Of a DNA stretch of 52,505 bases, positions 38,850 to 46,881 are shown in pieces. The notes below the pieces were generated by a model. It was not told where the DNA came from, searched no databases, and saw only the letters and a list, made by a program, of their open reading frames with translations. A program made the position numbers and the translations under genes. Position 1 is the stretch's first letter. Every line of letters begins with the position of its first letter. Source of the DNA: a virus (lineage: Duplodnaviria > Caudoviricetes); the IMG/VR virus record IMGVR_UViG_3300046786_000203, positions 1-52,505 of that record. One strand, given 5' to 3'.

Positions 38850-38925
38850 TGGAGCGGGAAAAGAGACTCGAACTCTCGACATTCACCTTGGCAAGGTGAC
38901 GCTCTACCAACTGAGCTATTCCCGC
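38850..38925 (-). tRNA. tRNA-Gly(GCC)
   Basis: Cloverleaf, CCA. Confidence 0.95.
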
Positions 38926-38932
38926 ATTAATT

Positions 38933-39007
38933 TGGTACCTGGACACGGTTTCGAACCGCGGACCCTCTCCGTGTAAAGGAGACGCTCTACCCCTGAGCTA
39001 TCCAGGC
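38933..39007 (-). tRNA. tRNA-Val(TAC)
   Basis: Cloverleaf, loop UUUACAC. Confidence 0.93.
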
Positions 39008-39019
39008 AATATATTCTAT

Positions 39020-39205
39020 TTAACCACCTTGATTAGAGTCTTTAACATTTCCCCAATCAAGTGTGTTATTTTCTTCTTTAGCGTCTGGGAGAGGAGGGGG
39101 AACATAACGTTCTTTCTTTGGCTTCTCTCCGAAGATTCTGTCCATGTTGTTTTGAAATTCAGTTGGACTCACACTGAATGGACGAGGACGAGAACCTTTA
39201 GACAT
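39020..39205 (-). CDS. Small hypothetical protein
   Basis: MSKGSRPRPFSVS...MDRIFG. Confidence 0.65.
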   Translation of the reverse strand: MSKGSRPRPFSVSPTEFQNNMDRIFGEKPKKERYVPPPLPDAKEENNTLDWGNVKDSNQGG

Positions 39206-39372
39206 TACTTAGCTTCCCTCTTACCGTGTCCTTGACGAGATTCATTTTTTGCAATTTCAACAAAACTACGAATGAATGCGCCTCGCACATGTGCGTCACT
39301 AATAAGTGATGCCGCACGTTTTACTGACTTACTAACTTTGACGGCTTTAGCGTCATAACCTCTACATGTCAT
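39205..39372 (-). CDS. Small basic hypothetical protein
   Basis: AAGGA RBS; MTCRGYDAKAVKVSKSVKRAA... Confidence 0.55.
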   Translation of the reverse strand: MTCRGYDAKAVKVSKSVKRAASLISDAHVRGAFIRSFVEIAKNESRQGHGKREAK

Positions 39373-39394
39373 ACTATCTTCCTTTTGTTAAACT

Positions 39395-39471
39395 TGGTCG
39401 GAGTACAAGGATTCGAACCTTGGACCCCCTGGTCCCAAACCAGGTGCGCTACCAGACTGCGCTACACTCCG
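39395..39471 (-). tRNA. tRNA-Pro(TGG)
   Basis: Cloverleaf, CCA. Confidence 0.95.
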
Positions 39472-39477
39472 AATTGT

Positions 39478-39551
39478 TGGATGCGGGTGACAGATTCGAA
39501 CTGCCGATGCTCCGAGCTTATGAGACTGGAGTGGTGACCGCCCTACCCGCG
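39478..39551 (-). tRNA. Atypical initiator-like tRNA-Met(CAT)
   Basis: C1:A72 mismatch, CUCAUAA loop; shortened D arm and bulged anticodon stem. Confidence 0.7.
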
Positions 39552-39566
39552 CAAACTATTTATATC

Positions 39567-39641
39567 TGGTACGTAATAGAAGATTTGAACTTCTGACCTC
39601 TACAATGTCACTGTAGCGTTCTACCCCTGAACTAATCACGC
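39567..39641 (-). tRNA. tRNA-Val(GAC)
   Basis: Cloverleaf, loop GUGACAU. Confidence 0.85.
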
Positions 39642-39643
39642 AT

Positions 39644-39787
39644 TTATCTTGTCAGTTTTCTAACAAGAGTCAAGAAGTAATATCTGAATCCTCGGTACAC
39701 TGGTACTATAGAAAAATCTAAGTAGATACCAATTTCTTTAGGAATGTGACCGTAAGCTTTATTCAATGTTTCATCAGACTTTGGCAC
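39644..39787 (-). CDS. Small hypothetical protein
   Basis: GGGAG RBS, GTG start (MPKSDETLNKAYGHIPKEI). Confidence 0.5.
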   Translation of the reverse strand: MPKSDETLNKAYGHIPKEIGIYLDFSIVPVYRGFRYYFLTLVRKLTR

Positions 39788-39809
39788 GTTTACTCCCTGT
39801 GTTAATGTT

Positions 39810-39885
39810 TGGTGGAGGTGACAGGGATCGAACCCGCGACCTTCTGAATGCAAATCAGACGCTCTCCCAGTTGAGCTACACCCCC
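39810..39885 (-). tRNA. tRNA-Ala(TGC)
   Basis: G3:U70 pair, cloverleaf. Confidence 0.96.
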
Positions 39886-39937
39886 AAATCTACATACTAC
39901 TTATCTCATTATACTCCGTATGTAAGGGAGAGTTCTT

Positions 39938-40022
39938 TGGTGCGACTGTCCGGAATCGAACCGGAACACCTTGCGGCGAGAGATTTTAAGTCTCTTGTGT
40001 CTACCTATTTCACCACAGTCGC
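39938..40022 (-). tRNA. tRNA-Leu(TAA)
   Basis: Cloverleaf with variable arm. Confidence 0.95.
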
Positions 40023-40028
40023 AAATTA

Positions 40029-40182
40029 ACCATAAATTAGTGTACTCGTATGGCAGACTATAAAGAGATACTATCGTCTTTATTAATATAGTATCATAGT
40101 TAGACTATTGTGTGCACCAATAGTCTAACCGAAGTCTGGCAAATTATATACTAAATTAATTTTGAGTACACTAATTTATGGT
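40029..40182 (-). ncRNA. Long-stem structured element overlapping the tRNA-Leu 3' end
   Basis: Perfect 19-bp inverted repeat 40029-40047/40164-40182 plus an internal 12-bp hairpin. Confidence 0.6.
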
Positions 40183-40262
40183 GCGTAAGGAGAGACTCGA
40201 ACTCTCAATCCTCGCGGCGCTGGCTTCTAAGACCAGAGTGTATACCATTCCACCACTTACGC
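40179..40262 (-). tRNA. tRNA-Leu(TAG)
   Basis: Cloverleaf with variable arm. Confidence 0.95.
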
Positions 40263-40280
40263 AAAAACAAACACATAACT

Positions 40281-40350
40281 TTTTAAAGAACAATCAGCGA
40301 TTTCTCACTGTCAATACATGTATTATATATCAAATTTTAATTGAATTCAA
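40281..40350 (-). promoter_or_regulatory. Promoter followed by an rrn-like boxB/boxA leader
   Basis: TTGAAT-17 nt-TATAAT, hairpin CAGTGA-GAAA-TCGCTG, then TGTTCTTTAAAA. Confidence 0.7.
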
Positions 40351-40363
40351 CTATTTTGGGCAT

Positions 40364-41014
40364 TCATATCAGTAATGATAGAGTACTATTTTTAAACATG
40401 TCACTCCAATAACCTACCTTAGGTATCAAGACCCATAGTTTAGATTCACCAAACACTACTAGTGTTCTGTAATTTCTAACTTCATTTAATGCCTCTGATA
40501 CTCCGGGATGAACACTGACAAAATCATCTCCTACTATCAAATTTGTTTCTGCACCGTATTTAATAATGTCATGCTTGACTCCTTCATAGGAATGCGCGCC
40601 ATCAATAAAAACAAAATCATACTCTTTTTCTTTTGTATGACTTTGACTAGTACCTTGATATACAGACAGTTTATTGTACATTATATCACCGATGCAAAAT
40701 CTAAACGCTTCTAACCAATTCTTTTGTTGAGCAATATGTATAGCAACTTTATACATTGATTCACTGCCGGAACAGTTTGAACTAGCGAAGTCGGGAATGT
40801 TTCTAAATGAGCTCCATGTACGTATATCCTCAAATGGATCTATTACTTCCAAAGATACTGAAGAATCTTTTCCGTTGTATAACGCTGTAGTAGACCTACC
40901 TAAAAAACAACCTATTTCTAACATAGAACCATTTTTAGGGACATGTTTAGCTAATATGGTTAGTATACGTAAATCATTTTGCGTCATCCAACCTGGGATA
41001 TCGTTACTACTCAT
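40364..41014 (-). CDS. Class I SAM methyltransferase (Methyltransf_24-like)
   Basis: LEIGCFLGRST, VIDPF, FIDGAHSYEGV and GDDF motifs. Confidence 0.85.
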   Translation of the reverse strand: MSSNDIPGWMTQNDLRILTILAKHVPKNGSMLEIGCFLGRSTTALYNGKDSSVSLEVIDPFEDIRTWSSFRNIPDFASSNCSGSESMYKVAIHIAQQKNWLEAFRFCIGDIMYNKLSVYQGTSQSHTKEKEYDFVFIDGAHSYEGVKHDIIKYGAETNLIVGDDFVSVHPGVSEALNEVRNYRTLVVFGESKLWVLIPKVGYWSDMFKNSTLSLLI

Positions 41015-41028
41015 TTATAAATTAATCT

Positions 41029-41102
41029 TGGAGCGGGGTAAGAGAATCGAACTCTCCGCATCAGCTTGGAAGGCTGAGGTATTACCACTATACGAACCCC
41101 GC
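41029..41102 (-). tRNA. tRNA-Gly(TCC)
   Basis: Cloverleaf, CCA. Confidence 0.95.
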
Positions 41103-41148
41103 ATATTATTACTACTTATCACTATGCAATCGCAAGTGATTTAAATCT

Positions 41149-41225
41149 TGGTGCCGCCTAATGGAGTTGAACCATTGACCCCCGCCTTATCAAGACGGTG
41201 CTCTAACCAACTGAGCTAAGGAGGC
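41149..41225 (-). tRNA. tRNA-Ile(GAT)
   Basis: Cloverleaf, loop UUGAUAA. Confidence 0.93.
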
Positions 41226-41243
41226 ATGTATAAATACTGTTCT

Positions 41244-41795
41244 ATGAACAAATACTTATCTAAACTATCATTAAACATTGAACCATTAACCATTGACATT
41301 CGTGACAAGAACGATAAGGGCTACCGTCATTCTGAATTGGGGATGGATGTTATCAATCCCGAAATGAAAGCTTTCTTGGAAAGCTTGGGTGTCGGTGTGC
41401 TAATGGTTGAAGTTTTTTATACTCCTCCCTTTATGACTCGCGGTATACATATTGATACTGCTCAAGGTGGGGATATAACTAAACTTAATTGGGTATATTG
41501 CGAAGACACTCATATCATGAATTGGTATGAACCAAAACCTGATGCACCTCGCAATATTGCACTGACTGCTGTATCTACTAACTATGTAAGTTACAAAGAA
41601 TCAGAAGTAAACCTGGTTCATTCTGAAAAGATGACTACTAACAATGTAATAGTGCAAGTGGGCACTCCACACAATGTAAGAAATCTACGTTACCCTCGTT
41701 GGGCACTATGTTTCACCATCTGTTACTTAAAAGACAAGTCTAGAATTACTATAGCCGAAGCACAAGAGATTTTCAAAGACTATCTAATAAACTGA
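41244..41795 (+). CDS. Cupin/2OG-Fe(II) oxygenase-like protein
   Basis: IHID...KLNWVY...VQVGTPHNV.N..R; paralog of 50189..50722. Confidence 0.65.
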   Translation: MNKYLSKLSLNIEPLTIDIRDKNDKGYRHSELGMDVINPEMKAFLESLGVGVLMVEVFYTPPFMTRGIHIDTAQGGDITKLNWVYCEDTHIMNWYEPKPDAPRNIALTAVSTNYVSYKESEVNLVHSEKMTTNNVIVQVGTPHNVRNLRYPRWALCFTICYLKDKSRITIAEAQEIFKDYLIN

Positions 41796-41872
41796 TGGTG
41801 CCTCGACCGGGACTCGAACCCAGAACCTACCGATTATGAGTCGGGTGCTCTAACCAATTGAGCTATCAAGGC
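41796..41872 (-). tRNA. tRNA-Met or Ile2 (CAT)
   Basis: Cloverleaf, loop CUCAUAA. Confidence 0.9.
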
Positions 41873-41880
41873 ATCAAATA

Positions 41881-41944
41881 ACAGGATGCATTTTTACGGT
41901 TTTGATTAAAAGTCAAATGTATAAATGTTGCTGGTAGCATCCTA
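41881..41944 (-). ncRNA. CAGCAA-stem RNA 4 (Lys UUU anticodon stem-loop)
   Basis: AGGAUGC-UAC-CAGCAA...UUUGA-CUUUUAA-UCAAA...GCAUCCU-GU. Confidence 0.78.
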
Positions 41945-42124
41945 AATCTTTTTGTCTATGCTTTTACCTTTATCATCGGTGTTTTTTACAACACCTTTTG
42001 ATGTATAAACTTCACATGTAACAATTTCTTTTCTTGTTACCGGATCTTGCAAAGACTTGTAAACTCGTGTTTGAAAATTATCACGCACATAGTCTACGAC
42101 ATGTTGTATAGCTGTTACTATCAT
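41942..42124 (-). CDS. Small hypothetical protein
   Basis: ATAAATA just upstream; 60 aa. Confidence 0.5.
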   Translation of the reverse strand: MIVTAIQHVVDYVRDNFQTRVYKSLQDPVTRKEIVTCEVYTSKGVVKNTDDKGKSIDKKI

Positions 42125-42144
42125 AGATAGTATTTATAATCAAC

Positions 42145-42762
42145 TCACTTCATAGTGACTTCATTGGGCTTATGTCGTTCACCTTTAAATTGAAACTCTT
42201 CCTTCAACTTAAAGTTAGTTACAAAAACCACTCTAGGTATTCCTGACAAATTACTATGAACATAATGCAACAACCATCCGGGAAAAATTAACATTTGACC
42301 GGACTCTGGGCGATGCCTATATGCATTGTAATGCTTATGTGAATCTAAACTAACTAATCCTAAGTTAGCACGTGGATCAATAAATTCTAAATCACCTGAT
42401 GTAGGGGTCACTTGACAGTAATACACACCTGATAAATGCGAAGACCTATGATTATGCATCCTTAAGTCTTGATTCGCTAATCTTGAATCACACCAACCTT
42501 CTTCCATGTGAAAGAACTCAGGCTTGTATTCAAATTCAGGATGACATTCATTTGCAAAGGTTGCCGCATTTGTCAAAAACAAATCATGCAACGTTTTGAT
42601 TGCCGGAACGTCATGTCGAATATTCCAAATATCATTATACAATCTAAAATTGTACTTGTTATCTGTCAACCCATCGACCTTCAGTAAGTCTTCATTTAGT
42701 GTACTAGCATTTTCTACTTCATAGATACCTATATTAGTAGGAAACAATTTCAAGTGAGCCAT
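42145..42762 (-). CDS. Putative 2OG-Fe(II) oxygenase (TIGR02466-like)
   Basis: HNH..HLSGVYY, GDLEFIDPR and LIFPGWLLHYV motifs. Confidence 0.85.
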   Translation of the reverse strand: MAHLKLFPTNIGIYEVENASTLNEDLLKVDGLTDNKYNFRLYNDIWNIRHDVPAIKTLHDLFLTNAATFANECHPEFEYKPEFFHMEEGWCDSRLANQDLRMHNHRSSHLSGVYYCQVTPTSGDLEFIDPRANLGLVSLDSHKHYNAYRHRPESGQMLIFPGWLLHYVHSNLSGIPRVVFVTNFKLKEEFQFKGERHKPNEVTMK

Positions 42763-42775
42763 GTTGTTCCTTTAT

Positions 42776-42864
42776 TATTGAAAAACACACTCTTAAACCT
42801 TCCTTCAGCGTTTAGTCGCTATCTCCCTTACTAATCGGGCGTAGGGTAAGTGTGTTTATCAATA
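42776..42864 (-). ncRNA. Long-stem structured element
   Basis: TATTGAAAAACACACT / AGTGTGTTTATCAATA inverted repeat around a GC-richer core. Confidence 0.45.
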
Positions 42865-42872
42865 GTAACGTA

Positions 42873-42988
42873 TACCATATAGAAACATACTCTGCAGGAA
42901 TTGAACCTGCCCACCAGATACTATTGATCCGGCTGTAATCCGCTACATCTGCCTGGCCAGAAGCATTTGAATATGTTTTTATATGGTA
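42873..42988 (-). ncRNA. Long-stem element with a T-arm, overlapping the tRNA-Lys 3' end
   Basis: 20-nt arms (18 identical positions); inner GCAGG-UUCAAUU-CCUGC. Confidence 0.55.
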
Positions 42989-43058
42989 GGGGCACAGAGA
43001 ATCGAACTCTGATAGACCGGTTAAAAGCCGGATATTCTAGCCGTTGAATTATACCCCC
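42984..43058 (-). tRNA. tRNA-Lys(TTT)
   Basis: Cloverleaf, loop CUUUUAA. Confidence 0.93.
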
Positions 43059-43061
43059 ATA

Positions 43062-43136
43062 TGGTCCCTCCGCTCAGAATTGAACTGAGTCTTCTCGGAT
43101 TAAGAGTCCGGTATGCTACCGTAACATCTCGAAGGG
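43062..43136 (-). tRNA. tRNA-Lys(CTT)
   Basis: Loop CUCUUAA; atypical positions 8-9. Confidence 0.85.
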
Positions 43137-43198
43137 ATGGATCGTAAATAGTTTTCTTTTACGTGCCATCCCTGACCATACGGGGGTCAAGAATGACA

Positions 43199-43222
43199 CT
43201 ATCGTTTACCTGAACGTTTCAT
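43199..43222 (-). CDS. Putative 7-aa leader peptide MKRSGKR
   Basis: Promoter at 43252-43280, AAGGAG RBS, 15-bp hairpin directly after the stop. Confidence 0.45.
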   Translation of the reverse strand: MKRSGKR

Positions 43223-43276
43223 GTCGTTCTCCTTTTCTTTAAGTTATATGTATTGTAGCACTGCTACGATTTATTG

Positions 43277-44497
43277 TCAACTCTTTTGTTGCAGTGATAT
43301 CCCAAAAGTTTCTTGGAAATTATCATTGCGTATTGAATCCATCTTTTCAGTAAAGTCTGAGAACAAAGAAGGATCACCAGGAACTCTATCTAATAGGTTT
43401 CTTTTGATGCCCTTAAGCTCTGTAGCAAAAATTAAAAAGTTAGGTGCTGTTAGTATCTCAACAGCCTTATCTATTTCTTCTATTGCTTTCTCTCTTAACT
43501 CACCGGTCAATCTATTATAATTCAAGTGTTCTGCGAACCTAACGTGATAGCACTTTGTCTGAATAGTGTTGTTGTCTGCGTACAGTCTCATTAAGAAACT
43601 AGCAAGACTTGACACATCCAATAGTGTATACGCTGAGATTGCAGTGTTGAAAAATATATTGAACGGCTTACCAAGCTTGTTGAATTCAATTACGTTTTTC
43701 TCTATAGTACTCCACGGAGTACCTGTACGAATATACTCTGCTGTTTTGCCTACACCGTCTATACTCATTACAAATTCAATACTTTTGAATTTCTTTAGTC
43801 TTTCAACAAATAACGGATTATAGACACTACAGTTAGTAAACAACTCTAAATCAATTCGATGACTGATGTTGTTATCAATCAAGTGATCCAAGTACTCATA
43901 GTATTCTTTGATGATGAAGGGTTCTCCACCAGTTAAACAAACTAAGCGTAAGTTTTTCGATGTTAATGATAACTCTTTTAGTTCTTCAACTGAGTGGCGA
44001 TCAATCGTTACGATAGACTTTTTTGCCTCTCTATCAATAACACTGATCTCCGATACAAAAGGTAGATTGTGTTCAATCTTTTCTTTTGCCCATTCTGAAC
44101 TAGAGGTTTCGTCACACATCTTGCATTTCATGTTGCAAAGGTTGCTGAATCTAAACTCTAGGCGATAAGGATCAGTAGGACTATTTTCATCGAACTTATT
44201 ATAAAACCATTGATCTTCATACTCTGGTTCTGGACCAGTGTAATAGTAATGCCACCAGGCACCCCTAGTACTTTTGAGACCTTGGTTCTCAATGTTCTTA
44301 CAAACCTTGCACGGTTCCGGAACAGTTCCGGACATCATGTCTGTTTTTAATTTCTTAAGCCAATCACCATTGATGTATTCTTGCGGTGATGCTTCAAATT
44401 CGTTTCTAATGACATGACACGGGCTAGGAGAATTCATTTGATAATAAATGTGACTCCACGGTGCCGGACAAAAGAACTTTTCTGAAAATTTAGCCAT
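43277..44497 (-). CDS. Radical SAM protein with twitch/SPASM-like Cys domain
   Basis: CNMKCKMC (CX3CX2C), GGEP, SIDG; N-terminal FCPAPW and CKVC. Confidence 0.9.
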   Translation of the reverse strand: MAKFSEKFFCPAPWSHIYYQMNSPSPCHVIRNEFEASPQEYINGDWLKKLKTDMMSGTVPEPCKVCKNIENQGLKSTRGAWWHYYYTGPEPEYEDQWFYNKFDENSPTDPYRLEFRFSNLCNMKCKMCDETSSSEWAKEKIEHNLPFVSEISVIDREAKKSIVTIDRHSVEELKELSLTSKNLRLVCLTGGEPFIIKEYYEYLDHLIDNNISHRIDLELFTNCSVYNPLFVERLKKFKSIEFVMSIDGVGKTAEYIRTGTPWSTIEKNVIEFNKLGKPFNIFFNTAISAYTLLDVSSLASFLMRLYADNNTIQTKCYHVRFAEHLNYNRLTGELREKAIEEIDKAVEILTAPNFLIFATELKGIKRNLLDRVPGDPSLFSDFTEKMDSIRNDNFQETFGISLQQKS

Positions 44498-44554
44498 TAC
44501 ATATCCTTGCTGTAGTAAGTGATATTTATCGTCATACAACACTGTCAAAGATAT

Positions 44555-44630
44555 TGGAGGCCAGGGTAGGAGTTTAACCTACCTTATACCGAGTTTGCAA
44601 TCCGGCGCATAAACGCTCTGCCACCTGGCC
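44555..44630 (-). tRNA. tRNA-Cys(GCA), atypical T loop
   Basis: Loop UUGCAAA, U73; T loop UUAAACU. Confidence 0.85.
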
Positions 44631-44648
44631 ATATTCATAAATAACTGA

Positions 44649-45191
44649 ATGAAATACTATCATTCTGTTTCAATTAATAATCTGTCTGTTATTCAAGCTA
44701 AAGCATTTAAGTTATTCCCAATGCAACACTTGAACAAGACTAAACTATTCTATCCACCAAATAACATAGAGTTATTTTTAAGTATACCTGAACTCAAAGA
44801 AGAATTAGATAGATTAGGTTGGACAGAACATGTAGATTCGTTTGGTTTTTATATCGTACAAAAAACAAAAGGATCCACACTTCATACTGACACTGGTGAT
44901 CGTAAGTACAGTTTTAACATACCTATACTAAATTGCAAAGAAACACTAGTCAACTTTTATACAACTGACTCTGAACCCGAAGTTCAGATACACGGTGAAG
45001 GAGTTGACTATAACAAATACGAGGTCGATAAATGTACCTTAGTTGATTCATTAGAAATGAATACACCTAACATTATCAATGTAAAAGAGGTACATAACAT
45101 TGTCAATGACAATCATAGACCTAGAATTACTTTATTAATCAGATTAAAGAGTACTCTAAATCTTGACCATTTATTTTATGAAACACATTGA
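44649..45191 (+). CDS. Cupin/2OG-Fe(II) oxygenase-like protein
   Basis: LHTD...FNIPI...VHNIVN...RITL. Confidence 0.65.
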   Translation: MKYYHSVSINNLSVIQAKAFKLFPMQHLNKTKLFYPPNNIELFLSIPELKEELDRLGWTEHVDSFGFYIVQKTKGSTLHTDTGDRKYSFNIPILNCKETLVNFYTTDSEPEVQIHGEGVDYNKYEVDKCTLVDSLEMNTPNIINVKEVHNIVNDNHRPRITLLIRLKSTLNLDHLFYETH

Positions 45192-45636
45192 ATACTTAGA
45201 ACTACCATCAGTACCCGAGCGTTTTTTAAAACCAGTTGAGGAGATAATTGCACTACCTCTAAAAGAAATGACTGCGGTTCCTGAAGTATATCATAACGTG
45301 TTTAACACTAGATACGTTGAAGAAGACTTAAACGAATGGTTAAAAACTATTTTTGATTTTCCTATGTATGCACAATATCAATTAATATACAGAGGAATCC
45401 CTGTACACAAGGACAAAGACGATAGACTGCTTGCCTACAACTACTTATTAGCTACGGGTGGTGACAACGTAATCACGACCATATATGATGACAACATGAA
45501 ACTATTACAATTTGAAAAATTGCAGTTAAAACGTTGGCATAGAATAGAAACAGGATATTTTCATGGTATACATGGAATATCAATAGGCTCAGTAAGGTGT
45601 AGCATAAGCATAACACCAGTAACTGGCAGAGAGTGA
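45178..45636 (+). CDS. Cupin/2OG-Fe(II) oxygenase-like protein
   Basis: VHKD...YNYLL...WH.I....FHGI. Confidence 0.65.
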   Translation: MKHIEYLELPSVPERFLKPVEEIIALPLKEMTAVPEVYHNVFNTRYVEEDLNEWLKTIFDFPMYAQYQLIYRGIPVHKDKDDRLLAYNYLLATGGDNVITTIYDDNMKLLQFEKLQLKRWHRIETGYFHGIHGISIGSVRCSISITPVTGRE

Positions 45637-45717
45637 GGGATTCGAACCCTCGGTGCTAGTTTTTGCTAACACGCTTTCTTAGCAGGAAAGTGATTTCAGC
45701 CTCTCATCCAACTCTCT
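45624..45717 (-). tRNA. tRNA-Ser(GCT)
   Basis: Cloverleaf, long variable arm. Confidence 0.93.
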
Positions 45718-45725
45718 ATATTGAA

Positions 45726-45939
45726 TTTGTAAGTCGTAGCGTCCCTCATATCGCTACCATTTTCCCATGTAATTAAGCCGGCTGGGTCAAGATTCGTCAC
45801 TCGGGATCTATCCAGATGATACTCACTGTATGCCGATCCCACTCAAGCGATCAGCCGGGCAACGAACCCGCATCCTTTTACTATATCAGTAGTTCGAACA
45901 TACCTTTATAGCGTGACTTCTCTTGCTGACACTTACAAA
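45726..45939 (-). ncRNA. CAGCAA-stem RNA 5 (about 215 nt, divergent closing stem)
   Basis: UUGUAAG-UGU-CAGCAA...CUUACAA; internal CCGGCUG/CAGCCGG and GGGAUC/GAUCCC stems. Confidence 0.65.
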
Positions 45940-45942
45940 ACT

Positions 45943-46019
45943 TGGCGCACCGTAGGGGACTCGAACCCCTGGCCTCTTGCGTGACAGGCAAGCGATCTAA
46001 CCAACTGAGCTAACGGTGC
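45943..46019 (-). tRNA. tRNA-Asp(GTC)
   Basis: Cloverleaf, G73. Confidence 0.95.
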
Positions 46020-46028
46020 ATGAATTTG

Positions 46029-46283
46029 ATCCAGATTACACGGCGCCAGAAAATAGGTACCCTATTCTAGCTTCTGTCCGGTGGCAGCCTTTTCCGCTGA
46101 CAATACTTTTCTTACCCCTACTGGACCGACTTACTCTCGCATCGTCAATCGTATCTGCTTGAACTACCAATGCACACTTGATTGAAGACCACGCAGTCTC
46201 GCATGGCTCGGTTTCCATCTACTCATATTACTAGGTATTGCCTTAGTATTCGTATTAGTTTCTATATCACCCATTGTAACTAA
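46029..46283 (-). ncRNA. Unassigned structured RNA, possible family B copy 3
   Basis: Shares AGUUAC, GUGCAUUGG, GGACAG and 3' UGUA..CUGGA with the other copies; boundaries uncertain. Confidence 0.4.
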
Positions 46284-46328
46284 TAAACATTGAGAAAGAG
46301 CTTGCATTGCAAGATTCCTATTTGCTCT

Positions 46329-46415
46329 TGGTGGAGACGACTGGAGTCGAACCAGTAGTGCCTTTCGGGCGGCGGATTTACAGTCCACTGGGGTTACCAA
46401 TTTTCCTACATCTCC
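46329..46415 (-). tRNA. tRNA-Tyr(GTA)
   Basis: Cloverleaf with variable arm. Confidence 0.93.
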
Positions 46416-46426
46416 AAAATAGTGAT

Positions 46427-46618
46427 AAGCTACTGGGTTCCACGCCAGCCCTTAATTGAGCAGTTACTCTGTCCATCTCCATTTATTCAAAGTCTGTGTG
46501 CAGTTGAGCTTCTGCCTATCAGAGTCTGCTGGGGTAGTTTCCATCCCTGCGCTAACGGTCTTCTGCCACCGGATCTCTATCGTTAATCATACGCTACTTT
46601 GAAGAAAGTAGTAACTGG
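46427..46618 (-). ncRNA. Unassigned structured RNA, family B copy 2 (about 190 nt)
   Basis: CCAGUUAC-hairpin-GCGUA...ACGAUA...UAAAUGGA..UGGACAGAGUAAC. Confidence 0.65.
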
Positions 46619-46622
46619 ATTC

Positions 46623-46697
46623 TGGAAGAGCCACGGGGAATCGAACCCCGCTTCTCAGGATGAAAACCTGATGTCCTAACCGATAGACGATGGCTCC
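46623..46697 (-). tRNA. tRNA-Glu(TTC)
   Basis: Cloverleaf, loop UUUUCAU. Confidence 0.92.
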
Positions 46698-46699
46698 AT

Positions 46700-46765
46700 C
46701 TATACATAAACACAATACTCATCGGCATACGCCATTTGACTGTTCGGCATTGTGTTTGTGTATAG
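46700..46765 (-). ncRNA. Long-stem hairpin element in the operon leader
   Basis: 17-nt arms CTATACATAAACACAAT / ATTGTGTTTGTGTATAG. Confidence 0.45.
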
Positions 46766-46800
46766 AGCCTTGAACTTAACAAGGATATACAAACTTTAAA

Positions 46801-46881
46801 TTTTAAAGAACATTGTGATTAGCAAGATTGCTTCATCACTTTCAATACATGTAGTATAACTCCTTTCGGATTATTTGTCAA
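46801..46881 (-). promoter_or_regulatory. Promoter followed by an rrn-like boxB/boxA leader
   Basis: TTGACA-17 nt-TATACT, hairpin GTGAT...ATCAC, then TGTTCTTTAAAA. Confidence 0.7.

Noticed and set aside
45726-45939. Minimal RNase P RNA (GAGAAGUC...GGCUUA resemblance)
   Set aside because: The P4 pairing cannot be completed, and CCGGCU is used in a different internal stem.
35776-46618. tmRNA among the unassigned RNAs
   Set aside because: No Ala-type acceptor with G3:U70 plus T arm and CCA, and no tag reading frame ending in an ALAA-like sequence.
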